A stretch of 64,000 nucleotides of DNA from a virus (IMGVR_UViG_2832349384_000006:14238-78237); one strand, 5' to 3'. Shown: positions 28,386 through 38,800, counted from the stretch's first letter. Numbers and translations are program-made. The notes: generated by a model from the sequence alone, not told the origin.

Positions 28386-29477
28386 TTATCCCGTCCCTTG
28401 TTCCACTCTGTTGCACCCTTTTTTACTCTGTGCCGCCACTTTGTCGCCACTCCCGGCGGCAGCCAATGCCAGCGGGTTTAATATTAACGCCTCTTCCAAG
28501 TGGTCTGGCGCAAAGTGCGCATAGCGCATTGTTACCCTGATATCCGAATGCCCCAAAATACGCTGCAGCACAATTATATTGCCGCCACCCATCATAAAGT
28601 GACTGGCGAACGTATGGCGTAGTACGTGCGTCATTTGGCCATCGGGTAAATCTATCCCAGCGAGCTTTATTACCCGGTAAAACTGTTTATAGCAGGGGGC
28701 GAACTCTCGCCCCTGCATATCCATGAGATCATCATACAGTTCGTTAGAAATAGGCACCGTTCGGTTTTTCTTGCCTTTGGTATTGGTGAAAGTGATTTTG
28801 TATTTTGATATCTGAGAACGGCGTAACTTTGCCGCCTCATTCCAACGGGCGCCGGTTGAAAGACATATTCTGACAATTAACGTTAATTCTGGGTTGCCGT
28901 GCGCCCGGCAGGCGCGCATCAAGTCGTTAAGTTGTTCAGCCGTGAGCCAGGCCATTTCTTTTTCTGGCTGATCGAACTCCCTGATGTTTTCCAGTGGGTT
29001 GGGTAATGACCATTCGCCCAGGCGCTTTAGCTCATTGAATACGGCCCGTAAAAATGCCTGCTCGCAGTTAACCGTTCCGGTGCTTACCTTTCTGGTTTCT
29101 AGGCTCACGCTGTAGCCATTATCAATTTCACCACGTAGGCGTTGATCGCGGTAGTGCGCCCAATCTTTGGCGGTTATTGCGGAGGCCACCGGATCACCCA
29201 TTCCACTGCAGATAATGTTCAATTTCCCCAGCCGGCCTTTTTTATCGTTTAGTGAACAGCCATGCAGCTTGTACCACAGATCGATCAACTCACTGAGTTT
29301 GCGGCGGTCTTCTTTCTCTCCCAACCAGGGCTTTTCCTTGGCCTGGTCAAGCTGGTATTGCTCAAACGCAATAGCTTCACCCTTCGTTGTGAATTGTTTG
29401 CGGATGCGCTTGCCGCGCCTTCCGTTGATGTAGAACTCACAAAGCCATTTCCCTGATTCCAGCCTTCTTACAGCCAT
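28386..29477 (-). CDS. int: Tyrosine integrase, 186/HP1 type
   Basis: MAVRRLESGKWLCEFY...GKRIRKQF start; STGARWNEA (R), HVLRHTFASH, LGHSDIRVTMRYAH catalytic motifs. Confidence 0.95.
   Translation of the reverse strand: MAVRRLESGKWLCEFYINGRRGKRIRKQFTTKGEAIAFEQYQLDQAKEKPWLGEKEDRRKLSELIDLWYKLHGCSLNDKKGRLGKLNIICSGMGDPVASAITAKDWAHYRDQRLRGEIDNGYSVSLETRKVSTGTVNCEQAFLRAVFNELKRLGEWSLPNPLENIREFDQPEKEMAWLTAEQLNDLMRACRAHGNPELTLIVRICLSTGARWNEAAKLRRSQISKYKITFTNTKGKKNRTVPISNELYDDLMDMQGREFAPCYKQFYRVIKLAGIDLPDGQMTHVLRHTFASHFMMGGGNIIVLQRILGHSDIRVTMRYAHFAPDHLEEALILNPLALAAAGSGDKVAAQSKKGCNRVEQGTG
28430..28451. repeat. Candidate integrase arm-type sites (left)
   Basis: TGCCGCCACT and TGTCGCCACT in tandem; TGTCGCCACTT recurs near the right att at ~63370. 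Confidence 0.6.
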
Positions 29478-29507
29478 AGCCGCCCACCCACAATAAACAG
29501 ATATACA

Positions 29508-29536
29508 AAAATACTGTATATATTAACAGTATTCAA
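29508..29536 (-). promoter_or_regulatory. int promoter with a LexA box filling the spacer
   Basis: Minus strand TTGAAT-17 nt-TATTTT; CTGTATATATTAACAG at 29514-29529 inside TACTG...CAGTA. Confidence 0.85.
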
Positions 29537-29563
29537 TGTTTGATATGGGGGCGGGCATACATG

Positions 29564-29584
29564 AAAAACCCGCCGGATGGCGGG
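29564..29584 (-). terminator. Terminator between ogr and int
   Basis: Minus strand CCCGCC-ATCC-GGCGGG-TTTTT. Confidence 0.8.
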
Positions 29585-29593
29585 CTGGTGATC

Positions 29594-29812
29594 TTAAAAA
29601 TTGATGGTTTGTTGGCCGGATTTTGAGGGGTGTGGCGGGGCCGGGTTTACTTCACCGGGGCGAACAATTGAGCGCACAAATGTTTCCATGGTGATAAAAA
29701 CATGACTGCAGTTCACGTTTGTGCATTGGTTATAACGCTCTTTTGTGGTCGTGGTTATTTCATTGCTGCTGCGGGTGTGTGCGGCATGACCACACAAAGG
29801 GCATCTCATCAT
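29594..29812 (-). CDS. ogr: Ogr/Delta zinc-finger late activator
   Basis: MMRCPLCGHAAHTRSS...ERYNQCTNVNCSHVF. Confidence 0.95.
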   Translation of the reverse strand: MMRCPLCGHAAHTRSSNEITTTTKERYNQCTNVNCSHVFITMETFVRSIVRPGEVNPAPPHPSKSGQQTINF

Positions 29813-29886
29813 GGCTATTCGCTCCTGCATTACCGATGCGTATACAATAGCATGATGTTTGCAAAAGCGAATAATAAACTTGCATT

Positions 29887-30975
29887 TTACTCCATATCCA
29901 AATCGGATATTTTCACTTCCAGCTCTAACGCCGTGGTAAAGCCGCCATCAGCTATGGTGTGCGTTACGGTGGTGATAATCCATTCTGCCGCGTCTATTTG
30001 CCGCTTGAACCCGCTGACCTTCACGGGGATCTCCGGGTAAAGCTCTGCCCGGCCCTTGGCCAACTGGATAGAAAACTGCGCGGCTCCGCGCTGGATACGC
30101 TCCCAATTGGCCTTGGCCGCCCGGCGGGCATTGGATGCATTGGCATAGGTGCGGCTCAGCACCAACACGTTTTCATCCGTCCCCACTAGGTACTCCCCTT
30201 GCTTTGGCTCCTCCTTTTTCTTGGTGGTTGTTTTCCTCTTTCTCTTCACCTTAACGCTTTGCGGCGCTGCGGCGCGCGTATCCAGCCAACTGGCCGAAAC
30301 CCCCGTGTAGGCGTTCCTGTCGGCCAGGCTAAACTGGTGGCTATCGCCATCACTGCGTTTTATCGTCACTGCTGGCAGCGCCTTACCGCTGGCGCTCACA
30401 CCTTGCCCCTGGCGGATAAACAGTAGATTGCCGTATTTTACAGCCGCAATGGCGCCCACACGCTGCGCCAGCCGCATAAGAAAGCTGCCGTCTGATTCAT
30501 TGGTTTGATCAATGTGCTCGATAGCGACGGCCGCCATTTGTTCGCTGACGTCCGATTTCAGATTATGACGGCCGGCCATTTCATTAACGATCGCGCCGAT
30601 GGTGGTTTTTGAGTAGGACTTTTCCCGCCTGATATTCAGCGTTTGGCGAAAATCGGCACTGCGGCCGCGCAACACCACTTTATCTGGTGCGCCAGAATGT
30701 TCTATTTCATCAATGATGAACGTGCCCTTGTTAATCAGCGGCTCGTTTTTCCAACCCAATAATAGCGCCAACTCCACACCGCGCGATGGCAGATCAATGG
30801 CGCCGTCGCTATCATCAAGCTCTATATCCAACTGGTCAGCCTCAAACCCGCGATTATCCGTCATGGTCATAGATATCATACGGCCTTCCAGCCTGGTGGT
30901 AATATCCTTGCCTGAAAGCGTGACGCGGAATGCGGGGGCGCTGTCTCTGCCGCTTAGCCAGTCTGGGGTGTTCAC
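29887..30975 (-). CDS. P2 gpD-like tail/baseplate hub protein
   Basis: TDNRGFEADQLDIELDD and IDQTNESD motifs. Confidence 0.93.
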   Translation of the reverse strand: MNTPDWLSGRDSAPAFRVTLSGKDITTRLEGRMISMTMTDNRGFEADQLDIELDDSDGAIDLPSRGVELALLLGWKNEPLINKGTFIIDEIEHSGAPDKVVLRGRSADFRQTLNIRREKSYSKTTIGAIVNEMAGRHNLKSDVSEQMAAVAIEHIDQTNESDGSFLMRLAQRVGAIAAVKYGNLLFIRQGQGVSASGKALPAVTIKRSDGDSHQFSLADRNAYTGVSASWLDTRAAAPQSVKVKRKRKTTTKKKEEPKQGEYLVGTDENVLVLSRTYANASNARRAAKANWERIQRGAAQFSIQLAKGRAELYPEIPVKVSGFKRQIDAAEWIITTVTHTIADGGFTTALELEVKISDLDME

Positions 30976-31436
30976 GATAACAACCCCCCAATAGCCGTGG
31001 TTGCCTGATCCTTCATGATGCTTAGTTGCTCATTGAGATCACCAAACATGCTGACCAAATCCTCATCCACGCGCTTAAGCTTGAGCGTGAATTCGATTCG
31101 CCGTGCGGCGCCATCTTTAAAGAAGATGCTTTTATTCAGATCCAGCCCTTCAATAACAAACATGCCGTAAATTGTGCCGCTGCCGTCGATCAGTGACCAC
31201 GCCTTGCCCAAGTCGGCCATTGTCTGCAATGCCAGAAGCGACAGGCGGCCGCCGGTGATCTCCGGCAACAGAACGCCGCTTAGCGTTATCATGTCATTAT
31301 CCGGGCCTACATATTGGGCTGTGGGCCTTTTGCCAACGCGGCTATTGGTAGGGAAGCGCCAGGCCATTTGGTGCTGCAGCTCCTGATATGGCACTGTTTC
31401 CAGCATAAATACGTATACCCCTAATGCCATCATCAT
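30972..31436 (-). CDS. P2 gpU-like tail protein
   Basis: MMMALGVYVF...GTIYGMFVIE...GAARRIEF. Confidence 0.92.
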   Translation of the reverse strand: MMMALGVYVFMLETVPYQELQHQMAWRFPTNSRVGKRPTAQYVGPDNDMITLSGVLLPEITGGRLSLLALQTMADLGKAWSLIDGSGTIYGMFVIEGLDLNKSIFFKDGAARRIEFTLKLKRVDEDLVSMFGDLNEQLSIMKDQATTAIGGLLS

Positions 31437-34000
31437 GATTCAAACCCCAACCCTTGATCAGAGAAGTTACTACGCGCTTTTGCCGCTTCTTTTTTCTGGT
31501 GACTTTTCAACATCTCAAACACCTCAGTAGCCACGTTTTTCTCACTTTGCCCAGGTGCCCCATGAACAACAAGATTGATATTCGAAACGTAGCCGCCAGA
31601 CGTCGCTTTTACCGGTTTGATCCCCGCGCCGGTATAGCGGCGTGAAATATCATCCGCCGTGTTACCGGTTGGCGCCGGCTCGCCGGTGTGGCCATATTGT
31701 CGAGCGATAGGATTATTTTTCAGTAATTCGTTTGTCTGCGCCAATTCCTGGTTTTTCTTTGGCAATAGATCCAGTTTTTCCAGTATCCATGACAGGCCAT
31801 CTTTTATTGTGCGCAGTGGGGTTAAGATAATATCCAGCCCGCTTTTTAATACGTTCCCGACCTTTTTCCCGGCGTCGCCGGCCAGGTTTTTAATGCTCTC
31901 CCAGGTGTCGGAAAAGTAATTTTTAACCGCGTCCCAAGTTTCCTGGGTTTTTGCCTTTGCTCTTTCCCATGCCCCGGAAATTGCGGCGCTGATCGCGTCC
32001 CATTTCTCACTGGTATAGGTACTTATCTGTTCCCAAAGTTTTTTAAACTTCGGCCCCAAAGTATCCCAATTTGACCATAGATAAATGGCAGCGGCAGCTA
32101 CACCCGCAATCACTGCCAATATAGGGTTAGCCAGCATGATGCGGCCAACCCAAAAAATTGCGCTACCCACAGCGCGGATTGATCTTGCCAACATAGCCAT
32201 CACTGACGGCCCCTTAATTCCCAGCAAGGATAATGAGAAGCGCAGCAGGGCAAACGGCCCCAGCACAGCCGCTACGCCAAGCATAAGCCCACCAAAGGCC
32301 ACGGTAATGGCCGTGATCACGGCGGCCGTTTTTATTAACCCGGCGGCCAGTTTAGGATGTGATTCAATAAAGCGACGTGTCCAACCGATGGCGCTTTTTA
32401 GTCCGTCGATAACATCCAGTAGCGGCGCTCGGAGTTTTTCTCCCAGGTCGCTAAACATGTTGCTAACGCCCGTTTTTAAAAGGGCGTATTGGGATGATAG
32501 GGAATCTTTATCGATATCCGACTCCCGTTGCATTGAACCCTTGGCGCCGCCACCCTCAACCAGGGCCAGTTGACGGTTAAACTCGTCAATATTGTTAGCC
32601 AGCTTGGCTGCATCATCACCAAATTCCTTGCCAAATAGCATGGTCATTGCGCTTAATCGCTGCGATTGTGGTAGTTTTTTTATCCTTCCCAAAACATCTT
32701 TAATCGTTCCGATGGCATTCGTAGCAATCCCTTTTTCCAAATCCTTGGCATTTAATCCGAGCAACCCCATTCCCTGAATAAAACGCTTGCCTTGCATGGA
32801 AGCAATGCCCAACTCACGCACCATAGCCTTACTGGCTGATGCCGCGACTTCGGGTTGCGTACCCAGAGAAAGGAAGGTGGAGGCTAACGCAGCTGCCTGC
32901 TTGTAATTGAGCTTGTCTGCTGTATCCCCCATGCGCTGCAGCACGTTGATGATATCCGCACCCTTGGATTGTGCGTTGTCATCCAGGTAGTTAAGCGCAT
33001 CGCCTAACTCTTCAATCTTTTGAGTCGGAACGTTATAGAGAAATGCGATTTTCCCCAGATCATCGGCTAACTGATCTGCCGGCAACTCAAAGGCTTTGGC
33101 CGCTTTTGCTGCAGTCTTGGCAAATGAAATCAAATCTGCCTTTTGTTTTTCCCACGGATCCTTGTCGCTGGAAACACCCATGCGGGCGCCGCCCTCAACC
33201 AGTGATGCAAAATCTACCGCGCCATTCTCCATCGGCAGTTGTTCCGCCGCGGCCTTGATGGTCTTTTGCATTTCGTAGTATTGAGCCGTGCGGTTGCCCT
33301 TATCATCCAGCAGGGGGTTAACCTGCTTAGCGACGCCCTTCATAGCATCCTCGATTGAGCTGTAACTCTTCACCGCCTTCAATACCGGGGCACCCATCGC
33401 TACGCCTGATGCAACCGTTGCCGCCCCTGTTCCTGCCAGGTTGTTCCTTAATTCCCGCGTCTTGTCGTACTGTTCTTTTGCCGCATTCATACGGCGCTGT
33501 TGCTCACCGGCTCGCTTGAGTTGGCGCTCCTGTTCCCGCAACTGACGGTTATAGCGCTCGGTTTCTGACGTGATTCTGCGTGTGGCGGCGGCGCCATCCT
33601 GGGCAGAGATTCCAACGTTATAAAGCCCCGCGCGAACCTGGCCCATTTGGGTGATTTGGCGGCTTTGTTTTTGTTCCAACTTAGTTACCGCGCGCCACTG
33701 ATCTTCTAACGCTTTGGTTTGTTTTTTAGTCGGGTTTTCCTGGGCGCTTAATTCACGCGTCATCATTTGCGCTTTTAGCTGGGCTGCCGCCAACTCGTCG
33801 CCGGTTTTCTTCACAGCCGTTTTCAACGAGTTAAATGACTTCAACTGATCGCCGGCCTCAGATAGCCGCTTTAACTCATCACGCGAGGTTTTTACGGCAG
33901 CGGCGAGGGCCTTATTACTCTCGCGCATTGCTTTGAATGGCCGAGTAACTTTATCTACTGCGCTCAGGATTACCTGCAGCCGCAGGTTGCGATCACTCAT
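31433..34000 (-). CDS. P2 gpT-like tape measure protein (TP901 family)
   Basis: MSDRNLRLQVILSAVDK start; ~855 aa. Confidence 0.93.
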   Translation of the reverse strand: MSDRNLRLQVILSAVDKVTRPFKAMRESNKALAAAVKTSRDELKRLSEAGDQLKSFNSLKTAVKKTGDELAAAQLKAQMMTRELSAQENPTKKQTKALEDQWRAVTKLEQKQSRQITQMGQVRAGLYNVGISAQDGAAATRRITSETERYNRQLREQERQLKRAGEQQRRMNAAKEQYDKTRELRNNLAGTGAATVASGVAMGAPVLKAVKSYSSIEDAMKGVAKQVNPLLDDKGNRTAQYYEMQKTIKAAAEQLPMENGAVDFASLVEGGARMGVSSDKDPWEKQKADLISFAKTAAKAAKAFELPADQLADDLGKIAFLYNVPTQKIEELGDALNYLDDNAQSKGADIINVLQRMGDTADKLNYKQAAALASTFLSLGTQPEVAASASKAMVRELGIASMQGKRFIQGMGLLGLNAKDLEKGIATNAIGTIKDVLGRIKKLPQSQRLSAMTMLFGKEFGDDAAKLANNIDEFNRQLALVEGGGAKGSMQRESDIDKDSLSSQYALLKTGVSNMFSDLGEKLRAPLLDVIDGLKSAIGWTRRFIESHPKLAAGLIKTAAVITAITVAFGGLMLGVAAVLGPFALLRFSLSLLGIKGPSVMAMLARSIRAVGSAIFWVGRIMLANPILAVIAGVAAAAIYLWSNWDTLGPKFKKLWEQISTYTSEKWDAISAAISGAWERAKAKTQETWDAVKNYFSDTWESIKNLAGDAGKKVGNVLKSGLDIILTPLRTIKDGLSWILEKLDLLPKKNQELAQTNELLKNNPIARQYGHTGEPAPTGNTADDISRRYTGAGIKPVKATSGGYVSNINLVVHGAPGQSEKNVATEVFEMLKSHQKKEAAKARSNFSDQGLGFES

Positions 34001-34169
34001 CACTTTCTCCGCTTCTCACCCAGGCCCGGTGGCGCCACTCCATGATCTCGGCCACTGTCATTTGATACATCTCGGACGGTGGCCAGTGGAAGATGGCAGC
34101 AATGTCCGCCATCAAATCTTCGACGGTCAGCCCTGTAGGGAATCCTGTACCGATTTCGGTAACAAAAAA
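33993..34169 (-). CDS. gpE' -1 frameshift extension (gpE+E')
   Basis: Slippery T TTT TTG (34169-34163); -1 frame reads LMADIAAIFHWPPSEMYQM...EWRHRA. Confidence 0.9.
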   Translation of the reverse strand, partial: FFVTEIGTGFPTGLTVEDLMADIAAIFHWPPSEMYQMTVAEIMEWRHRAWVRSGESDE

Positions 34170-34417
34170 CTCACTACACCCCCCGCAAGCTGCATAAAGT
34201 CAGCTGGATCCATACTGCTGATCTCTGCAATGGTCAGTGTCGGACTGGATACGCGCGGCAAAACGCTGGCGACTGCGTTGTAATCCAACTCCATCAATTC
34301 GGCCAACTTAACGCCGCGCAGTGCGCCTGATGCTGGCTTAGTCAGTGTTACCTTAGTTATTTCGGAATCACCGCGCTTGATCGGTGTGTCCAGGGTTACT
34401 TCGATGGGTTCTGCCAT
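34127..34417 (-). CDS. P2 gpE-like tail assembly chaperone
   Basis: VTLDTPIKRG...KPASGALRG motif. Confidence 0.9.
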   Translation of the reverse strand: MAEPIEVTLDTPIKRGDSEITKVTLTKPASGALRGVKLAELMELDYNAVASVLPRVSSPTLTIAEISSMDPADFMQLAGGVVSFLLPKSVQDSLQG

Positions 34418-34476
34418 TATTTTGTGCTCCACGATTTAATAGGGAAGGGCGCCGGCTGGCGGCGCCTTGGGATGGG

Positions 34477-34992
34477 TTACAGTCCGATTGCCTGGCGGTG
34501 TTCTTCCAGCCGGTCTTCACCGTCGATAACTTCAATCATGTTCACCAGGTCGATCTCGCAAATCTCTTCGCCGGCGATGGTCAGTTTGAAATAGGTCACA
34601 GCGGTGGAAATCTTGGTGGTTGAGTTGTCGCCTTGCTTGTGCTCGCCGGAATCCAGCTCTTTGTGGCGGCCCCGGATGATGACCTCAACAGCCTGGATCT
34701 CTGCGGTATCGTCTCGCTGGATGGAACCGGCATAGCGCAACGCCACGCCGTCGATCTTGGCCATACCCATTTGGCGAAATACAAGGCTTTCCATACCGCC
34801 GATAGTCCATTCCACATCAAGGGCGCCATCATCCATCCCCAGATCAACGCCAACGCTGCCATTCATGCCGCCGCCGCGGTAGTTCTCCAGCTTGCGCGTG
34901 AGCTTCGGCAAGGTGAAGGTTTCCACGATCCCTTGCCAGTTGTTCCCATCAATGAACAGGTTCAGATATTTCAATTTGCGTGGTAATGCCAT
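34477..34992 (-). CDS. Tail tube protein FII
   Basis: MALPRKLKYLNLF...YRGGGMNG. Confidence 0.95.
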   Translation of the reverse strand: MALPRKLKYLNLFIDGNNWQGIVETFTLPKLTRKLENYRGGGMNGSVGVDLGMDDGALDVEWTIGGMESLVFRQMGMAKIDGVALRYAGSIQRDDTAEIQAVEVIIRGRHKELDSGEHKQGDNSTTKISTAVTYFKLTIAGEEICEIDLVNMIEVIDGEDRLEEHRQAIGL

Positions 34993-35002
34993 TGTGAGCC
35001 CC

Positions 35003-36178
35003 TTAGCTGTTCACGTTCTGCACTAAATTAACCAGGTACTGATCCGTGATGCGCTGGCGCAACATCAGGTTTTCCAGTGGCGGAACCGGCGTATAGTCGT
35101 AATCAATGGTCAGCTTGCCGGCTTTCAGCGTATCTTTGTCGTTCGCTGCATCATCAATCCAGGCGCTACCGTCGATGATGTAACCCGCAGATTTCAACTC
35201 ACGGAACTTGGCCTTGATACCTTCCAGAATGTCTTTGATGAGCGATGCATGGATCGGCATATCCACGGCCCACTGGTGCGCTTCTGCCATCGTGTCGGCC
35301 AGAACCTGCGCGGTGCGGGTGTAGTTTTCGAACTGGAATAACGCATCATCAGAGCAGGTGCGCGAGCCCCAAAACTTATACCCCTCGCTGCGGATCAGCG
35401 TTGTTACGTCGTTTTGGTTTAGCAAGTTGGCATCCGTTGAGCTGTCTTGCAGATCCCAAAACACATCAGCGCTGATGCCGGTCACGCCATTGACGCCAAC
35501 GTTTGACAGGGTTTTATGCCATCCGGTTTGTTGGTCAATCTTGGCGCGCAACCCCAACGCGCGCGCCGTGGCGTAGGCTGTTGCGTCTGCGCTGGTTACC
35601 GTGTCCCAACTCAGGAAGTCAGGCCAGATCAGCATGGCTTCACGCTGATTGAAGTTTTCACGGTATGCGATGGCTTCCGATACGTTTTTGCAACCGTATG
35701 CGCTCAGATATGCAAAGGCACGCAGGCTCTGTGCAACGGAAAGCAGTTCAGTTGCAACCGCCTTCGTGTCGTGGCCAGGAACGCCAAGGATGCGGGGTTT
35801 TACGCCCAACTGGCCTTGTGCAGCTAACAGCGCTTTCATGCCGGTTTTCTTCCCGGTAGCTGCATCAACGCCGCCAATAATATTGGTCGTGGTTTCGGCT
35901 TCGGTTTCGCCCTGGGCAACACGGACAACAACGGTCACGGGTTTAGCCTGATCTGCAATTGCATCCAGCGAGCGGGCGAGGGTGCCGCTTTCGCCGGCGC
36001 TGCCGCTGGCGGTCAGCACATCGGTAAGCAACACAGGGGTGTTTAGCGGGAATACCGTAGCGTCCGCATCGTCGGCGGTACAAACCATTCCCACGATGGC
36101 GGTGCTTACGGTTGTGATTGAGCGGGTGCCTTCGTTAATTTCAACGACTCGCACGCCATGATGATAATCGTCAGCCAT
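35003..36178 (-). CDS. Tail sheath protein FI
   Basis: [12 protein letters not shown]...[12 protein letters not shown]. Confidence 0.95.
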   Translation of the reverse strand: MADDYHHGVRVVEINEGTRSITTVSTAIVGMVCTADDADATVFPLNTPVLLTDVLTASGSAGESGTLARSLDAIADQAKPVTVVVRVAQGETEAETTTNIIGGVDAATGKKTGMKALLAAQGQLGVKPRILGVPGHDTKAVATELLSVAQSLRAFAYLSAYGCKNVSEAIAYRENFNQREAMLIWPDFLSWDTVTSADATAYATARALGLRAKIDQQTGWHKTLSNVGVNGVTGISADVFWDLQDSSTDANLLNQNDVTTLIRSEGYKFWGSRTCSDDALFQFENYTRTAQVLADTMAEAHQWAVDMPIHASLIKDILEGIKAKFRELKSAGYIIDGSAWIDDAANDKDTLKAGKLTIDYDYTPVPPLENLMLRQRITDQYLVNLVQNVNS

Positions 36179-36250
36179 CTGGCGGATCTCCGGTTCCGGT
36201 TAATGTTTCTCCGTTATGGTGTTCGCTGACGGCGCGCGGCGCATGTGATT

Positions 36251-36274
36251 GGCATTGTGTGAGGGATGGCACAA
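36251..36274. promoter_or_regulatory. Ogr-binding site of late promoter pF
   Basis: GGCATTGTGTG-N5-TGGCACAA containing TGT-N12-ACA, upstream of FI. Confidence 0.85.
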
Positions 36275-36362
36275 GGCGAGGGAGGCTAGCCATCTGGTAT
36301 AGATATAACTGGCTGTGCTTGACGGCATGGTCAACACAGCCAGTTTTGGCTGTGCTGCAGCG

Positions 36363-37439
36363 CTATGCGGTGCGATGCCAGGCCATCAGTTTAATGTGTT
36401 TGTTGGTCACATTGATGCTGCTACCCGCACCCAGCGCGGCCGTTTTTCCTGATACCTGGTGACCGTGATCGGGGATTGTCACCTGATGAATGTGGTTTGG
36501 CACGGGTTCGATCAACCCTTCATCGCTGTAACCATAATCAATTGCCCAACTGCGTCGGTTTGAACTGCCACCGTCAATTGAGGTGTTGCTTTCCGCGTAT
36601 TTCCCCTTGAGCGTATGCCCGCCCGCTTCTGTCGTGTCTAGCGTTCCTAGGCTCACCCCTGCGGCTGTGCCGCTAACATCAATCTGTACATTGGGCAGGT
36701 TGTCTTTGCCAATTGTGATTGTATCGCTGCCGCCCGTAGCGCCCACATCCGAGCCGTCGGCCTTCGCCAGCCGAATGACGCGATCCTCGCCAAGATACTG
36801 CCAGGTTGACCACGGCCATTTTTCGTTAGGGTTCACGTTCTGGTTAAAGAACCGCACATCACCCACCGGGTTATCCAGCTCCCAGGCGTCACGAATGGCC
36901 CCCTCCACGGCGGCGGCAATGGCGTTTTTTGTCGCCTCGTCGATCTCTGCGGCGAGGTTGTCGGCGTAGTCCTTGGCCGCACTTTCGACTTTTTGAACGT
37001 CCTCTATCGTTGCCATCACAATGCTGGGATCGGTAATCAACACTACATTTTCGGTACTGCTCACCGCCAGGCATATTCTGATTATGCTTAGCCTTCCCGA
37101 ACCTTCAGCCAGTAATGGCTTGTACGTTTCCGGCAAATTAGCCACCGCAAGGCATGTGCCATCATTGCCAAACAATGCTGCTTCCCGCAGGGTAAAGCCG
37201 CCCACCTGGGGCGGCATGATCATTTCAGCCACAATAAGATTTTGGTCAGTCTCCGATATTTTCAGGCTGTTTAACTGCGTCCTGAACAATTCATTAACCA
37301 GGCCCGTCATGTTGGCGATCGGTGTTATTTGGCCGTCGCCTACTGCCATTTGTGTAAATCCCACCGACTCGCCGGAAATGGATGCCTGCGCCAGTGCTTT
37401 GGCCCCTGCATTAGTCAAAATCGCATTGTATTTTGTCAT
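36363..37439 (-). CDS. Tail collar/fibre protein (gpH-like N-terminus; short-fibre/baseplate-like C-terminus)
   Basis: YNAILTNAGAKALA...GGFTLREAALF...LPETYKPLLAEGSG; C-terminal HIH/HGH motifs and MAWHRTA. Confidence 0.8.
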   Translation of the reverse strand: MTKYNAILTNAGAKALAQASISGESVGFTQMAVGDGQITPIANMTGLVNELFRTQLNSLKISETDQNLIVAEMIMPPQVGGFTLREAALFGNDGTCLAVANLPETYKPLLAEGSGRLSIIRICLAVSSTENVVLITDPSIVMATIEDVQKVESAAKDYADNLAAEIDEATKNAIAAAVEGAIRDAWELDNPVGDVRFFNQNVNPNEKWPWSTWQYLGEDRVIRLAKADGSDVGATGGSDTITIGKDNLPNVQIDVSGTAAGVSLGTLDTTEAGGHTLKGKYAESNTSIDGGSSNRRSWAIDYGYSDEGLIEPVPNHIHQVTIPDHGHQVSGKTAALGAGSSINVTNKHIKLMAWHRTA

Positions 37440-37450
37440 GGCATCCTCTT

Positions 37451-38800
37451 TTATTTCAGGCGCAGCGCGGCGATCAGCTCGCCAAGTGATGAAAACTCCT
37501 CATCGCTGCTATACACCTCTGGTACGGTAATGCGATACATGGCGCGCGGTGAAGTATATGGCGTTGTCATCATCAGCAGATCTGCGCCGTTAATCTTCTC
37601 GTTTCTGATGCGCAACAGGCGGCGGAAACCGGAAGGCGTCAGGACGGAGTAGCGCCAGCCGTCGCCTCTGTTCCTCGCCATGACCGGCCAGGCGATATTT
37701 TGAGAAGGATCGGCCGCGTTATTCCCGATTTCGATAGAGAAAAACAAGCGGGTTTCACCTTTGGTTACTGTGGCCGAAAGCGCTGCACCCGTCTGGATAT
37801 CATCGAATTGCTGTAAATCAACGATGGTTTCATGCACCCATTGCGCACCGTCAAAGACGGAAAACACAACATTGAAGCCGCCAAAAGTGCCACCATCAAT
37901 GCCCTGGGCGCGGTGACGATATAATGCGCCAACAAACCGGCTGCCATTCATGCAGAGCTTACCGGATTGAACGCCGGCAATAACATTCGAACTGGTGCTA
38001 TTGGCAACGAAATATTCACCGTCTTCCAATTCTCGGATATGAAAATTAAACCCCGCCGTCGTGTCATGAGGGATCGGAATCGACTCACCCGACACGCTAT
38101 GCAACTGACCGGATTGCTTGTCATAAACGCCATAGGATGGCAGGTGGCGCAGTGTTCCGGCACCCAGCGGCCCCCATTCCCACAAAATATGAATATGGTC
38201 GCGTGTGACAACCAGATCATTCGGGTAAAACGTCCGCTCAAACTCATAGCCTATTTGTGCAATGCGACTCCAGGCCATTGCGTCCAGCGAGTAGCGGTAA
38301 AGCTGCCCCTGTTGGGATACGTTGGTAATAGGGAAGTCGCGCACGATGGCATATACATCGCCGTTATTGTCTTGTGCGAGGATAGGGTAGGAATTCCCCC
38401 AGGTGGTATCCGGCATCAGAATAAAGCGTTTCATTGTGGTGACGTCGAAAGGCTTTTCCGATCGGAAAATCCGCCAGGTGTCGATGTGCATTGAGGTGAA
38501 CACCCAGATATATCCCTTTCCATCAACGGCAACCGATGGCTGATTGTGGCCGTTGTCGCTGGGGAAAATCGCCTCCGAATCATCCGACAGGCGGCAGTAG
38601 TCAGACGTAAAACTGCCGTCCGAATTGCGGATAGCCACTTTTACCTTGTGGGTGCCTTCACTGGTGGCGGTTGATGCCTCTTCCGTGACAATGTAGGCAT
38701 ACACCTCCTTGCCAAATTTCACCGTGAGCGGCTTCCACCATGCCGATTGCATGGTGCGTTCGACTTCATCAGGGAAAAGGGTGATTTCTGCGTTATTCAT
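37451..38800 (-). CDS. BNR-repeat beta-propeller protein, candidate glycan-degrading receptor-binding protein
   Basis: GHNQPSVAVDGKGYIWVFTSMH resembles the BNR_4 signature; repeated blade-like motifs. Confidence 0.6.
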   Translation of the reverse strand: MNNAEITLFPDEVERTMQSAWWKPLTVKFGKEVYAYIVTEEASTATSEGTHKVKVAIRNSDGSFTSDYCRLSDDSEAIFPSDNGHNQPSVAVDGKGYIWVFTSMHIDTWRIFRSEKPFDVTTMKRFILMPDTTWGNSYPILAQDNNGDVYAIVRDFPITNVSQQGQLYRYSLDAMAWSRIAQIGYEFERTFYPNDLVVTRDHIHILWEWGPLGAGTLRHLPSYGVYDKQSGQLHSVSGESIPIPHDTTAGFNFHIRELEDGEYFVANSTSSNVIAGVQSGKLCMNGSRFVGALYRHRAQGIDGGTFGGFNVVFSVFDGAQWVHETIVDLQQFDDIQTGAALSATVTKGETRLFFSIEIGNNAADPSQNIAWPVMARNRGDGWRYSVLTPSGFRRLLRIRNEKINGADLLMMTTPYTSPRAMYRITVPEVYSSDEEFSSLGELIAALRLK

